Source: Octopus sinensis (Eukaryota). Taken from it: a stretch of 64,000 nt of DNA. The DNA lies in contig NC_043018.1 of the NCBI RefSeq assembly GCF_006345805.1, positions 14,694,001-14,758,000 on the forward strand. The letters run 5' to 3'. Below are positions 26,084 through 40,065 of this stretch, piece by piece. A program made the translations under genes and the position numbers. The notes below the pieces were generated by a model that saw nothing but the letters and a program-made list of their open reading frames with translations, had not been told where the DNA came from and ran no database searches. Positions within the stretch are counted from its first letter, which is position 1, and each line of letters opens with the position of its first letter.

Positions 26084-28719
26084 TGTATGTATGTATGTAT
26101 GTATGTATGTATGTATGTATGTGTGTGTGTATGTATGCATGCATGTATGTATGTATGTATGTATGTATGTGTGTGTGTATGTATGCATGCATGTATGTAT
26201 GTATGTATGTATGTATGTATGGTATGTATGTATGTATGTGCATATATATATGTATATATAATGTATGTATACATATATATATAATCGATTACTTTGATTA
26301 AATATATAATATATATATAATTACACATATATAAATATATATTTATGCACGTATATATATATATATGTGTGTGTATGTATGTATATCCTTACATATATAT
26401 GTATATTACACACAGACATACAAATATCCAGTGATCCACTTATCAATATATACATGCATACATACACACATATACACACACACGCACACACACACACACA
26501 CACATACGCATTCATGCATGCATAAATACATGCCTACACATATGCGCATACGCACACATACATATATATATATATATGCATACACACACACACATGCATG
26601 CATACATATGAGGCACGACCACATAAGTGTTGCCTGAAATAGAAACTCTGGAAATTTTATTTGTTGTTTTGGGTGAAACCAAAGAATTCATCTTGAGTCG
26701 AAAATTAAGCAGGAAAACTAAAAAAAAACTTCTTTGCAAAGTTTCTTTATTGAACGAGGTACAAAGCATTTACTCAATCTATGAGAAAAAATTCCTGGGG
26801 AGACGCGGGAACTGGCACTAATACGAGAAATACCATTATTTATTAAGGAATGGTTTAAGAGTTGCATTTCTTCTATATTCATACCTCTACGTTGCCAGTT
26901 CAAATCATAATGGATTTATTGTTCTTGGCCGAAAGAATGCGGGATCCTCCATCAGTTTCGACGATGAGTTGGTCGATCAACTGAATGTCCCACTTGTTAA
27001 ATTAATGCCTTAGTGGTTGAGTATTCCACGAACATCAACATCCATAATACAATTTACGTCCCGAATCAGTGTGACACAATATGTGTGAGGGTTGGACCTT
27101 GAAAAATTACTGGTGAAATCCAACCGACATTGTTTCCACATTGTTTTCATCGATCCACTTCTACTCACAAGGACCTGAAGTTATGGTAAAAGATACTTGC
27201 TCAAGGTGTCATCCGGAGGAATCGAATCCAAGACTTCATGTCTGCAATGCGAATTTCTTAACCACTCAACCGTGTCTGGCAAAAGAATAAATACCAAAAA
27301 GTTGGCAGTGACCCATTATATACAGGTGTCTTTCAATTGTGCGACGTTGTGTTATAAAGGTGAACAAATGGACACTTGCAAGGACACAGGCCGAAAATCG
27401 ATCCACTTCAATTGGGTTGGCTGTATGTCGGTGTGTTATAAAACTTGAAATTGTCAGTAACTTCAAGATACACAACTGATATTATGTGCAATTTATGTGC
27501 ATCCATAGATTGTGGAAAACAAACAATTTCGATCAAAGCCCCTTTTCATTACATAAATATGGCGTCGAGGCCCATTTATTATTTTTGTAACGGTTTTTAA
27601 TTTTGGTACAGGGTCATGAATTTGGGGTTAGGGATATCGTCTGTTATTGTATCAGATGTTATCTGATATAGACAAATACTTAAATCCACTCCCGTCCATA
27701 AAGTATTAAGGAATTTTTTGGCTCCATCCCACTTAATGAAAAAAAATTTAAAAAATAATAAAGTTTGTATCCAATCAATTCTTCTACTTTTGCCATGGCA
27801 TTGGACGCTTTTTTTTTAATTAGAAAAGTACATTGAACACAAAGATAAAATCTATAATAATATTAATGGTGTTTATTGATACACTGATTGATTCTGGGAC
27901 GGATACTTGTCAAATTAAGTCGTGTATCACCTTCTACTTGTGGACGACTTTTGCATTACGGTTTTATCCTTACTAAAGAAAAAAAACCCTTTTCGCATAA
28001 ACATGTGATCAATTTGGTTATTTTTGAATCGACAGAAATACAATTAAAAAGATTCCAAAATTAGAAAATAAAAATGAAGCAATATTTTCAAAGTAGCATC
28101 GGCTTCCATCTCAATAATTTCTTTAATATTAGACACATGTAGCCTCAGTACGCAATAGTACTTCAACTGTACTTCAATAACACACAGAAATAGAATCACT
28201 AAGAAACTGTGCTTCAACTGTACTTAAATAACACAAAGATAGAATTACTAACCAATTGTACTTCACTATCAGACATTTTATTTAAAAGAGCAACTTGTCC
28301 ACCCCATTTCAATTCTCAATGACTCCACTGGATGAGGAATGCTTCAGTACTTGACTGGTACTTAACATTATTAAGTACATAACGACGAAAAGACAGGTAA
28401 AGTCGATATCAGTGGGGTTTCTACTCAAAAGGTACAGAAAAATAGCTAGAATCTAGAAGACAGCTACTTTACTCAACCGTTTTTGCCCTAAGTTCTAACG
28501 TGGTTACAGCACTGACAATTTTTAAAGAAAGGGTTTGTCGAGTGTATCAATACCATTACTTGAACGTTACTTTAATATATAAAGCCTGGGAGGCTGAAAA
28601 GTAAAGCTCGTCTCGGCAGGATTTGAACTCAGGAGGTAGTGAGCCGCAATAACTACCACAATGCATTTCGTCCGCCGCTCTATCGATTCTGCTAAATGAA
28701 TGCAATAATATTATTATGA

Positions 28720-28985
28720 TAATGATGCGCACATCTCGGGCAAGTCCGTCTGGCGGTAATTCCATTCCCGTAGAGTTTGTCTTGAACTGGCAGAGCTCCT
28801 CGGTAGCATTTCCAGGCCAGGGATTTCTGAAAATTGTCCATAGGCCCCGGCCCGAAAGTCCATTGGAAAAGACTAGCTAATTTGTCCCTTCCGACTCCCA
28901 GACTTTCCCTCAATAACATGTCACTCTTTCCCGCCACTAGTCCCCTATAGAGCTCCAATTTGGAACTTCCACCGACCGCATTATC
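28720..28985 (-). mobile_element. L1/Tx1-type LINE fragment (zf-RVT region)
   Basis: FQKSLAWKCYRGALPVQDKLYGNGITARRTCPRC matches the post-RT zinc-binding region of Tx1/L1 elements. Confidence 0.65.
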
Positions 28986-29020
28986 CGACTGACAGTGGGC
29001 TGTGAGTGCTTGTCGACACT

Positions 29021-29250
29021 ATAATTGTCGGAGCCCCGGGAACCATGAATAAAATCCTTGAGAAGTACATGAAACAAATAGGAGCTGCAATAAGGGTGGA
29101 GCACTTGCAGAAAACAGCACTGCTTGGAACCGCTCGAATACTCCGGATGGTGCTCGAAAAATAACAGGTGTTACTTTAGTCCATTGGTAGTGAACAGCTG
29201 GCACCGTAGTACATCTCCAGCGTTAGAAACTGTGCAAAAACAGCAAGAAC
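29021..29250 (+). mobile_element. R4/Dong-type 3' terminus
   Basis: IIVGAPGTMNKILEKYMKQIGAAIRVEHLQKTALLGTARILRMVLEK* (stop at 29162-29164), short 3' UTR, then (CAA)n(TAA)n. Confidence 0.75.
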
Positions 29251-29304
29251 AACAACAACAACAATAATAATAATAATAATAACCAGTGGTTGTAGCAACA
29301 GATT

Positions 29305-29351
<47 letters not shown>

Positions 29352-29378
29352 AGTAGTAGCAGCACCAGATGCATATGC

Positions 29379-29439
<61 letters not shown>

Positions 29440-29479
29440 AGTAGTAGCAGCAGTAGCAGCACCAGATGCATATGCAGTT

Positions 29480-29519
<40 letters not shown>

Positions 29520-30039
29520 AGTAATAGTTCATAGAACGTTAATAAGTTCAACTGCAGGGAGTAGTGGAAAGTGTAGTGTTTCTTGCTGTAGCTCTTCAGA
29601 AGAGAGGAGAGAAAGACGGTGTCGTTGCTAAGTGACTGGAAGCAGTGAATATATAATTTGTTGACGTCTCCTGGCGATACATGAGAAATTGGGCTGTCAT
29701 ATATATTATATAATTAAATATTGCCGTTAAACAGCTATTACCAATTCTACTAAATATGAAACCATGTTTAACTTAATTAAAACTTTCTTAATTTATATTT
29801 GTCTGCTTTATATATTACCTGCTTTATTTTTTCGGATAAATTCTAATTAAAACTGCAACGCGCCGGTTGTGTGTTCGCGCATGCGTACATGTGTGTGTGT
29901 GATCTACGGTTATTCAGATGTTTCAGACGATTTAGCGGTGGGTCTTTCTTTTACCAAGACCAAATACAACCCAGAATGCCCAAAATATCAGAAAACAGAC
30001 CAGATAATGAAACTAATTCTCTCTAATCTATTAGGCTCA

Positions 30040-30705
30040 ACAAAGCCTGACTCTTGCAGGGAGTGGGTTGGTCGATTACATCGGCACCAGCACTTGACTC
30101 CGGAAGGATAAAAAGCAAAGGGAACCGCGACGAAATTTAAACTGAAAAGTTAAAGGGTCGAAAGAAATATTGTTCTACATTTTGTACGGCTGGCTAGCGA
30201 TTCTGCCAGTACATCGCCTTCACAACAACAACAACAACACAACAACAACAACAATAATGATTTCAAATTTTGGCACAAGGCCAGTAATTCCGGATGAGGG
30301 AGCAAGTCGATTACATCGATCCCAGTGCTAGATTGGTACTTACTCTATTGGCCCCGAAAGGATGAAAAGCTAAGTCGATCTCGGCAGAGTTTGAACTCGG
30401 AACGTAAAGACAGACGAAATGCTGCCAAGCATTTTGCTTGGCATACTAAAAAGATTCTCTCAGCTCACCGCCTTAATAATATTTATAATCCTTTCTACTA
30501 TAGGCACAAGGCCCGAAATTTTTGGGGACGGGTGGGCAGTCGATTAGATCGACCTCAGTACGCAACTGGTACTTAATTTATCGACTCCGAAAGGATGAAA
30601 GGCAAAGTCGACCTCAGCGGAATTTGAACTCAGAACGTAGCTACGGGCGAAATACCGCTAAGCATTTCGTCCAGGGTAGTGACAATTCTGCCAGCTCGCA
30701 ACCTT
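30040..30705 (-). mobile_element. Three tandem SINE B copies
   Basis: gtcgattacatcga / ggtactt / aaagtcgacctc / gaatttgaactc recurs three times, separated by (CAA)n or (TAA)n. Confidence 0.8.
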
Positions 30706-32399
30706 GACAACAACAACAATAATAATAATAACAATGAGAAGAAGAAGAAGGAGGAGGAGGAGGAAATGATATGAAGAACTTAAAGTTAATATTTGCGAAA
30801 ATACGACCCTACCTTCAACCCCAAAATTATAAAAGTGTGTACAACTTGTATTCTTTTTCAGTCACAAACGCACGCGCACACAAACACACATACACACACA
30901 CACACACACACGCACATGCACACGCACATGCACACACACGCACACGCACACGCACACACACGCACACGACAGAAAATTTTGAGTTTCAGCTGACTTCTTT
31001 GATCCTTACCGAAAATGGAATAGGAATTGATTTCGGCCAATATTATTTTTTGTCTATAAACTTTGAGTGTCGCTATCTCTTTATTTATTTTTTTGTTTAT
31101 ATTTCTTCCTGATTTGAAATGAAAACAATTATCATCACACCTTCCTCCATTTTGAATAACTTGAGTATATAATAAATGGATTATCTAACACGCCGCACCG
31201 ATAAAGCCCGATATGCCGAAACATACTTTTTCCAGATATAAAATCATTGTAAAATATCAACTATATAAATAATAAATCATTTCGAGTCACTCGACTTTTT
31301 TTGATTAAAAAAAAAATGATCGCACGCTTCTCTCCTTCATGCGGAAAGCGAATGAACCGCTTGAGAAAGCGCTTATATTGGAAAGTAAAGTGTTTCAGCT
31401 TTCTCTTTTACAGAGTAAGTTGTATTTAAATGAGCTTTCGTGATATTACCAGAAATTCTATTTGTTTGAAATATCAGTGAAAACTAGAGAATTCATAAGA
31501 CAAGGCAGGTGTTGTTTCATCCGTTGTAAATACTAAAATATAAAAAAAAACAACAGGGGCTTCGGAAACATTATGATTGATGAAAAATCCGAGAAAATGC
31601 CAGGGAAGTCAAAGCTAAAGTTTTGTAAGTGAACCGACCAATGATCAAAGACTGCACAGAGAGTGATACACTACAGCAGTTCGGACAGTGCTGGATTTCG
31701 GACAAAAGAGGCTCTGTGCTAGTTAAGTTATGAGGCCCCTTACTTGGACAGTTAGGCATACATGCTCAAGAAATTTGTCGTATCATATTTTGGGGCAGGA
31801 AGATGCCCACCCAACTCGGTCAACGGGACTGTGTGCTTAAGCACACCTAAGCATAATGGTAAATCCGGCACTGATTACAGAGAACGCAAAACACTGCAAC
31901 ACTGCAGACTACGTACAAGACAAAGGCTGTCCAGATGTGCCGTAAACTAAGTACTTCTTAGGAAATTCATACGAATGCTTGGGTGTCTTGAAAATAACTC
32001 ATCCATAATTTCGTTAAACACAATTAATCATAAAATATAGTTAACGATAAGTTTCTAATTTTCATCTATAAAACAGTTTTTCTTGAACTTTCCATGTAAA
32101 GTGCGTCAGAGCGTCACCAGATCAAAAGTATTTAGAACCCTCCAGGCAGAGACCCCTTCCTCCTTGACTTATAACTGCTATAGAAATGGTATGGTCTTCA
32201 GAGGACGCGAAACCTGGAGCGTATTTTTAGTTGATAGACGCACTATCAACCTGACTAGCTGCGACAAGAAGTTTGTGTAGCGAGAGGAAATTATTGAATT
32301 AATCTTCTCACAGTTGTAGTGTTGGAATGTCGAAAGAGGAGAGTCCAGCCATGCTTGTCAATCAGAACAGAATTACAGTAGTAGTGGTAGTAGTAGTAG

Positions 32400-32442
<43 letters not shown>

Positions 32443-33023
32443 TGGTAGAGAACACCAGACGCGCATATATAGGAGCAACCACCGCAGAGAAGAAATATTT
32501 CTAATAATGAGAAAGTTCATAAAACATCTTTTGCCTGTTGTCGAGTCGAAATAAGATAGGAATCGCTGGAATAGATTTGGTGTGAACACCCACATACACA
32601 TATGCGTGATGTATGTATGTATATATGTATATATATATATATGTGTGTGTGTTTGTGGATGACGTCTGTCGATGTATAAAAATGTTTGCATGGAGGAGTA
32701 GTTCGGAGAAAGTGAGGATGAGGATCTGGTGGCGGTGGTGGTGGTGGTGGGTGTTAAATGCAGCCTGGGGAGAAATTTGGAAATGAGCTGGGGTGGGACT
32801 GGAGATGGGGGGGCTCAGATATAAAAGAATATTCCCTCCTGGAGAGATAATGATGATGATGATGATGATGATGGTGATGCCGATGATAATGATATGTAAG
32901 TCCTACGCGACCTCTCTCTATCTCTCTCACTAACATTACCAGTTACCAAATTAATAGTCCAAACGACCAGAAACAGCCGTTGCAATTCCCCTGTACTCAC
33001 ACCCCACCCAAGAATACACACAT

Positions 33024-33110
<87 letters not shown>

Positions 33111-33482
33111 CATACATACATCTATACATACACACATATGCAAACATCTAACATCTACGCATACAGAGTCACACATGCTTATGTACATCTACTCTCTGAA
33201 CGTTTGAACCACACATAAACAAAAGTGTGTATATGTATGTGGATGTATAGGTCTCTCTCTATCTATATATGTGCGTGGTGTATATATGTGCATATATATA
33301 TATATATATGTAAACATATTTATGGGTATATATATATATATATAATAGATTATATATATATATATATAAACGTCGTTATTTATATATATATATGTATAAA
33401 AATATATATATATGTAAATATATTATGTATATATACAAATGTATTTATATATATATATCTAATATAAATCATGCTATGCTAA

Positions 33483-33516
<34 letters not shown>

Positions 33517-33565
33517 ACATATGTAAAGATATTTATGTATATATGAATAATATCTTCTCTCTCTC

Positions 33566-33609
<44 letters not shown>

Positions 33610-33629
33610 AAATCAATAAATATATAATA

Positions 33630-33683
<54 letters not shown>

Positions 33684-34061
33684 TATATATATAAATATAC
33701 GAGTATGCGTATATGTGTTATATATGTGTGTGCGTGTGATGTGTGTGTGTGCAAAATCTGCTTCCTTTGGTAATTTCACATCTAATTTCTCCCAAACCTG
33801 GAGCAAAGATCTGTAGTGAGACAATTTGGTTTGTATTGGAAAGTGGTGGGAACAGCGACATTGGCTGAGTGTGGACCGTATTGCAGTGAATGCTCGAAAT
33901 CTCGAAATCTGCAAATCAAGAAGCATCCGTAGAAATATGATGTTTCTGCTGTATTGTGCCATACTTCTGTCAACGGTTCGGAATGGCAGGGAAACAGGAA
34001 AAACGCGGCGAAAGTAACCAAGAAGTTGAATACAATTCCATCAACGATGCATGATATTTTC

Positions 34062-34288
34062 AGTTACTCTTTTACTCTTTTACTTGTTTCAGTCATTTGA
34101 CTGCGGCCATGCTGGAGCACTGCCTTTAGTCGAGCAAATAGACCCCGGGACTTATTCTTTGTAAGCCTAGTACTTATTCTATCGGTCTGTTTTGCCGAAG
34201 CGCTAAGTTACGGGGACGTAAACACACCAGCATTGGTTGTCAAGCGATGTTGGGGGGACGAACACAGACACACAAACACACACACACC

Positions 34289-34360
<72 letters not shown>

Positions 34361-34531
34361 CATATATACGACGGGCTTCTTTCAGTTTCCGTCTACCAAA
34401 TGCGTTCACAAGGCTTTGGTCGGCCCGAGGCTATAGTAGAAGACACTTTCCCAAGGTGCCACGCAGTGGGACTGAACCCGGAACCATGTGGTTGGTAAGT
34501 AAGCTACTTACCACACAGCCACTCCTGCGCC
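34062..34531 (-). mobile_element. SINE family A
   Basis: Reverse complement of 11295-11718. Confidence 0.85.
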
Positions 34532-35536
34532 TCAATGTTTTAGTGTAGATGAATAAATGAATGTTCATTCTTTCAATACGTTATGTAGTAAATAAAATAT
34601 TTACAGACAGTTAGAAGACGGCAATTCCTCAATGATAACATAGATGGAAATGGTTTTCACCGGTTCTCTTATTCAAAATGACAAAAAGTTTCAATAAAAT
34701 GTAATACTTCTCTGAAAAGCATGGATGTCTCCTTCTGGACAGATTAAAGTATAAGACTAGGCGTATTCGCTAATGAACCACGTGATCATATAATTATTAA
34801 TATTAACAAGCATATGATCGATAAGTTCATTAATATTGAAATAAATCATTAATTAAGTCAAGCACTGGAGTCGATACCTCCATACCCGCCAATAGCTGTT
34901 TTATGGTCATATTTTAAAAGTCAATATTTGACAAAATTTTTAGGACAGTGAATGGTGCGTCGGACAAAAAGACTGAACGATGTTTAGACTCTGAAATATG
35001 TCAAATTCTTCCATTCAGAGGTTCGATAAAATACATAGCTGTGAAATAATTTCGATTAAAAATCAATATGAGTGTTAAATTGATTGACAGTCACGCCCAT
35101 TCCATGCTAGTCCGGCAGGGTTTAAAATAATTAGTGTTAATATTTTAAAGTCTAAAAACATTACTTAAAGACAGGGTTAATTAGACCAAATACTACAATT
35201 GGAGGGCTTTCAACTTATATTATAAACAAGTTACCGCTAAATAACGCAAAACACTGATTTTTCACGTTACTCTCCACTTCTATCATCAACCGCCGCCCTA
35301 TTTGCCACCCACGGCTAACGAAAAATGGAATTCAGAGGGAGAGAAAGGTGGAAGTAAGGCCTGGCGAAGTAATTTCTATAGAGCTGGAATGAAATTACGA
35401 GATGAGAAGAGGAGAAAGAGGGAGGTGTAGGCCACACAATTATCTCTTACTCTTTCAACTTTATTGTCAACCTCAAGTACTTTATGCGGGAGTATGGGTG
35501 CTTATGTATGTGTACACGCCTTTATATAAATGGGAA

Positions 35537-35582
<46 letters not shown>

Positions 35583-35604
35583 TGTGTGTGTGTGTGTGCG
35601 TGTG

Positions 35605-35645
<41 letters not shown>

Positions 35646-35750
35646 AAATATCGAGGTCTCTTTCATTCTTTTGTTGTCTTACCATTTTTATCAAAATATA
35701 TATATATATATATATATATACATACATTCATGCAAACATATTTATATATA

Positions 35751-35786
<36 letters not shown>

Positions 35787-36133
35787 GAAGAAAACACCTT
35801 TTATCAATTCAAAATGAACAATTAAATTACACCATCTAGAAAATTACATATAATAGAAATATTTAAATTAAAATAACAATAAAATGTCAAAGATTAAGTA
35901 ATTGCAAAAATATAATAATAAAACGTATATAAATTGCATATACTTTATATACGTTATTATTATTATATTTTTGCAATTTACTAATCCTTTTATATATATA
36001 ATATATTGTGTGAAATTTGATTTAGCATTTCTAAATTTAATTTTTTTTTCCTTGTAAGTTTTGGATTTTATTCCCTCCCTCAATTTATTAATAATTAATA
36101 TATATAATATATGTATATATATATATATAGTAT

Positions 36134-36179
<46 letters not shown>

Positions 36180-36224
36180 ATATATATATATATGTTATAT
36201 ATATATATATATTATATATATATA

Positions 36225-36310
<86 letters not shown>

Positions 36311-36975
36311 GTGTACATATCCATGCAAGTATATACACACATCACACACACACACACACGCGCGCTCACGCACGCTCACGCACGCAACTCATCACACACA
36401 CACACACGCGCGCACGCAAGATGTATCTGAGTGATTATGCATGTGTGTGAGCGAACAAGAACGTGCTGTCACCAATCTTACGTTAAGAGAACAAAAAAAT
36501 ATATTACTAAACTGAAAGTGACGACCACCATGAAATACTGAGATGTATGAGAGAGGGAGAGAGAGGAGGAAATAAGAGAAGTGAGAGAGAGAGAGAGAGC
36601 GAGAGAGAGTGAGTGAAGGAGAGTGAAAGAAATAAGAAGACTGGAGATGATTAGGCTAGCGAGAAGCAAGCAGAGATTGAGAGATGAAAGGCAATTGGTG
36701 AAATTTGTTAGGATGAAAAGATTTGGTATATACAAATATATATAAATATATATATACATATATTTAGGGAGGGGTGGAGAGAGAGATGCGTATATTATAT
36801 ATTTGTGTAATTGTTTGTGTGTATAGAATCTCTTCCTGTGTCATGCGAATATAATAATATCGTGCATTTGCTACAAATCAATATTAGTGTTAAATATCGA
36901 TATGGAATTTTGGCGCAGGACCACAATTTCGGAGCAAGGGAGTCAGTCGATAACATCGCTTCCAATACTCTACAG

Positions 36976-37278
36976 CAGTGATTCCCAAGGTGGGGCGTAC
37001 GCCCCACTGGTGGGGCCTGAGAAAATTCAGGTGGGGCGCGGGGCATAGACGTGGGCTGTGAAAATATTTGTACATGACGAGCGGTCATCGCGGGCACAAC
37101 CTTAGATTCAATTCTCAAACTATTTTTTTGTATTTTGAATACAATTTTTTAATTTTTGATTTTTTTCAATTGTAAGTAGGCCACATGTACTTTAAATGTG
37201 AGTGGACATGGGAAAGGTGGGGCGTAAAAACTTTTGCTATGAAAGTTGGGGCGCCGGGAAAAAAGGTTGGGAACACTG
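36976..37278. mobile_element. hAT (Charlie-like) MITE
   Basis: TIRs CAGTGATTCCCAA / TTGGGAACACTG; perfect 8-bp TSD CTCTACAG at 36968-36975 and 37279-37286. Confidence 0.9.
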
Positions 37279-38525
37279 CTCTACAGAACTTATTTTTATC
37301 GATTTCTGGTGATGAAAGGCCAAGTCGACCTCGGCAGAATTTGAACTCAGAACATAATGACATAAAAATGTCGCTAAGTATTTTTCTTTCCGGCGTTTCT
37401 AGCGATTCTTATTTCTTTATTGCTCACAATGGGCTAAACATATAGAGGACAAGCAAGGACAGACAAAGGGATTAGATCGACCCAGTGCGTAACTGGTACT
37501 TATTTAATCGATCCCGAAAGGTCGAAATGCAAAGTCGACCTCGGCGGAATTTGAACTCAGAACGTAATGGCAGACGAAATACTGCTCAGCATTTCGCCCG
37601 GCGTACTAACGTTTCTGCCAGTTCGCCGCTTTCATATTAGTCTTTAATATCGATACAAGAAATTTCAGGTAACAATAATTGTATTACGAAGTAACGAGAA
37701 AAGAAAACGTAGCGCCCATACAGGAGCTGCAAGACTGGTGGTGGTGGTGGGGAGGGGTTGAGTCTCGAGGGATAGTATCTCCTGACTGCAATGGGTGTTA
37801 GTCCGAATATCTGTGACACACCTCGCTTTGTAAAACGATCCTAAGGCCCAGGTGGCAGTGACGGTGGTTGTGTTGATGTTGGGTGATGGATTGCGTCTAC
37901 CGAAAGCCCATAATACAACCTCGACCTATTCACTGTACATGTTAGAAATAACCGCTAAATGTCCCTCAAAATCACGCTGCACCATCTTAAAGGATGAAAG
38001 GCTTTTGATACTGGAGTCCTATAACGATAGTTTGGGGAGAGGAAAGGTATGATGATGAGCAGCTCAGAAGTAAATAGGGGTCACATTCAGGGATCACGTT
38101 CAGGCATAGATTGCTTACGGTTGGTTGTTGCTATTTAGCCCCATGCCCCTAATTGTGCAATAATACCATGAAAGCTTTTTAACTGTGAGTAAACTAACTT
38201 TATTTTTAAGTATAATCTATATGCCAAATATTCCGTCCCATTTTCTGATAGTATGGTGCAATTTTGAGTGAGATTTGGCTGCTATTTTTAGCATTTGTTA
38301 GTTATTTAATTTATTTCTACTCCAGCTTGTTGATTTGTTAGATGCTAAACACGTCGGTATACAATTACTGTTTTTCTGTTGAGGACCGCTATGCACTTTG
38401 TTTGAATAAATAGAAGAGACCTGTGTTAGGATGTCAGGTCATCAATCTAACAGTTATAAACATAGTTTATAGTTGACTCTAACTACCAGTAATTTATTGG
38501 TATTGTTGACTGCAAGATTTCAGAA

Positions 38526-38578
38526 ATTAGTCACGTGACTAATCAAATAGTCATTTATACTCTGTAATGAAACAAGTG
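38526..38578. promoter_or_regulatory. 18-bp perfect palindrome ATTAGTCACGTGACTAAT plus nearby CAAGTG in the NK4 intron
   Basis: Palindrome at 38526-38543 contains the E-box GTCACGTGAC flanked by TAAT half-sites; NK2-type CAAGTG at 38573-38578. The sequence is directly visible; function is inferred. Confidence 0.35.
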
Positions 38579-38685
38579 TTTCTTGTTTTTTTCTTCTTAA
38601 TTTATTCTGGTTGACGTGTAAAATTATGAAAATGTGATTTTGGTGAAACAACTAAAGGAATCGTGTTTTCTTTTCTCTTTCACAG

Positions 38686-39257
38686 ACAAAATGACGTGCC
38701 CAACACCGACAGACAACGAGAAAATCAAAGGTGACTCCAATAACAACAACAACAACAACAACAGCAACAGCATGGTCGATGGAACTGGAGATTGTCCATT
38801 GTTACGTCAACGTCAGAGACGGAAACCGCGGGTCCTCTTCTCACAGGCACAAGTCTATGAACTGGAAAGACGATTCAAACAGCAACGCTACCTATCGGCG
38901 CCAGAAAGGGAACAGCTAGCGAATATGTTGAAGCTAACCTCAACACAGGTCAAAATCTGGTTTCAAAACCGTCGCTACAAATGCAAACGCCAACGTCAGG
39001 ATAAAAACCTGGAACTGTCGACGATGCAGCCACCGAGGAGAGTGGCCGTACCAGTACTGGTTCGGGATGGCAAACCATGTTTGGGGCAGAGCAGTGTCAG
39101 TCCACCATACTCCACTCCGTACAATGTCAATCCATTCGCCTACTCAACCGGCCCAGTCTACAGCAACAACAACAACAATAACCTAACGTCAGTCAATCAA
39201 ATCCAACAGACAAGTTATGTACAGAATCAAATTCACCATGGAATCCGAGCATGGTGA
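38686..39257 (+). CDS. NK4: Homeobox (last coding) exon of an NK4/Nkx2-5/tinman-class transcription factor
   Basis: Translates [58 protein letters not shown] (homeodomain ~38817-38996, NK2-class Tyr54), then NK2-[19 protein letters not shown], a Tyr-rich stretch [20 protein letters not shown], and terminal HGIRAW*. GIRAW is the Nkx2-5/NK4 hallmark. Polypyrimidine acceptor ttttcttttctctttcacag ends at 38685 (phase 1), so the ORF-track start at 38634 is intronic. Confidence 0.95.
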
Positions 39258-40021
39258 AAAACATCACAAAACACTAATGACAACAACAACAGCAATTTCT
39301 TCATTCACTTTCTCTTTCTCTCTCTCACTTTCTCTGGCTTACTTTTTAAAAAAACTATATATACAGATAGTATATATAATCATATATATATATATATATA
39401 TTATATACTATATAATATACATACACATATATATACATATACATATATATATATGACACCTGCACATATACTCATATGCCAAAAATACACGCACATACAC
39501 ATGCATATATATATGCATATATATATATATATGTATATATATGTATGTATATATATATATATATATATATACATATACACATATATATGTGTGTGTGTGT
39601 GTCTACGTATATGTATGTCTTGTGTGTATACGTGTGTGTACATGTGTGTGTGCATATATATATATATTTATATATAAGTATATGCTTGCGTGTGTGTATA
39701 TGTGTGTGCATAGGGCAATGAGAAAGTGGGTGTGTATATTTCTTAAAACTCTCGTCTGATATCAAGGATGAAAACGATGTACCCCAGCAAGGGCTCAAAC
39801 GTCATCCACTTGAACACTTCTCAATTTTGAAAACAGTTTGTCTTAATCTCTCACTTCCTGACCTGAGCGCTCGATGATATTGAACTGTGGAACCATCCTT
39901 CGAAAAGGATATCCTTCATACACCCTTATTCAACCTGCATCCTTACCCCTGATGGAATCACTATATACATCAACATCATCATTTTATCATTATGTTCATA
40001 ATGAAAAATGCTAGTACTACT

Positions 40022-40065
<44 letters not shown>

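Noticed and set aside
31395-31420. Polypyrimidine-CAG-A-GTAAGT as a recursive splice site or 1-nt exon
   Set aside because: A recursive site needs AG directly followed by GT; kept only as a possible donor.
38634-38685. ORF-track N-terminus [17 protein letters not shown] of the homeobox ORF
   Set aside because: It is the polypyrimidine tract and acceptor of the intron.
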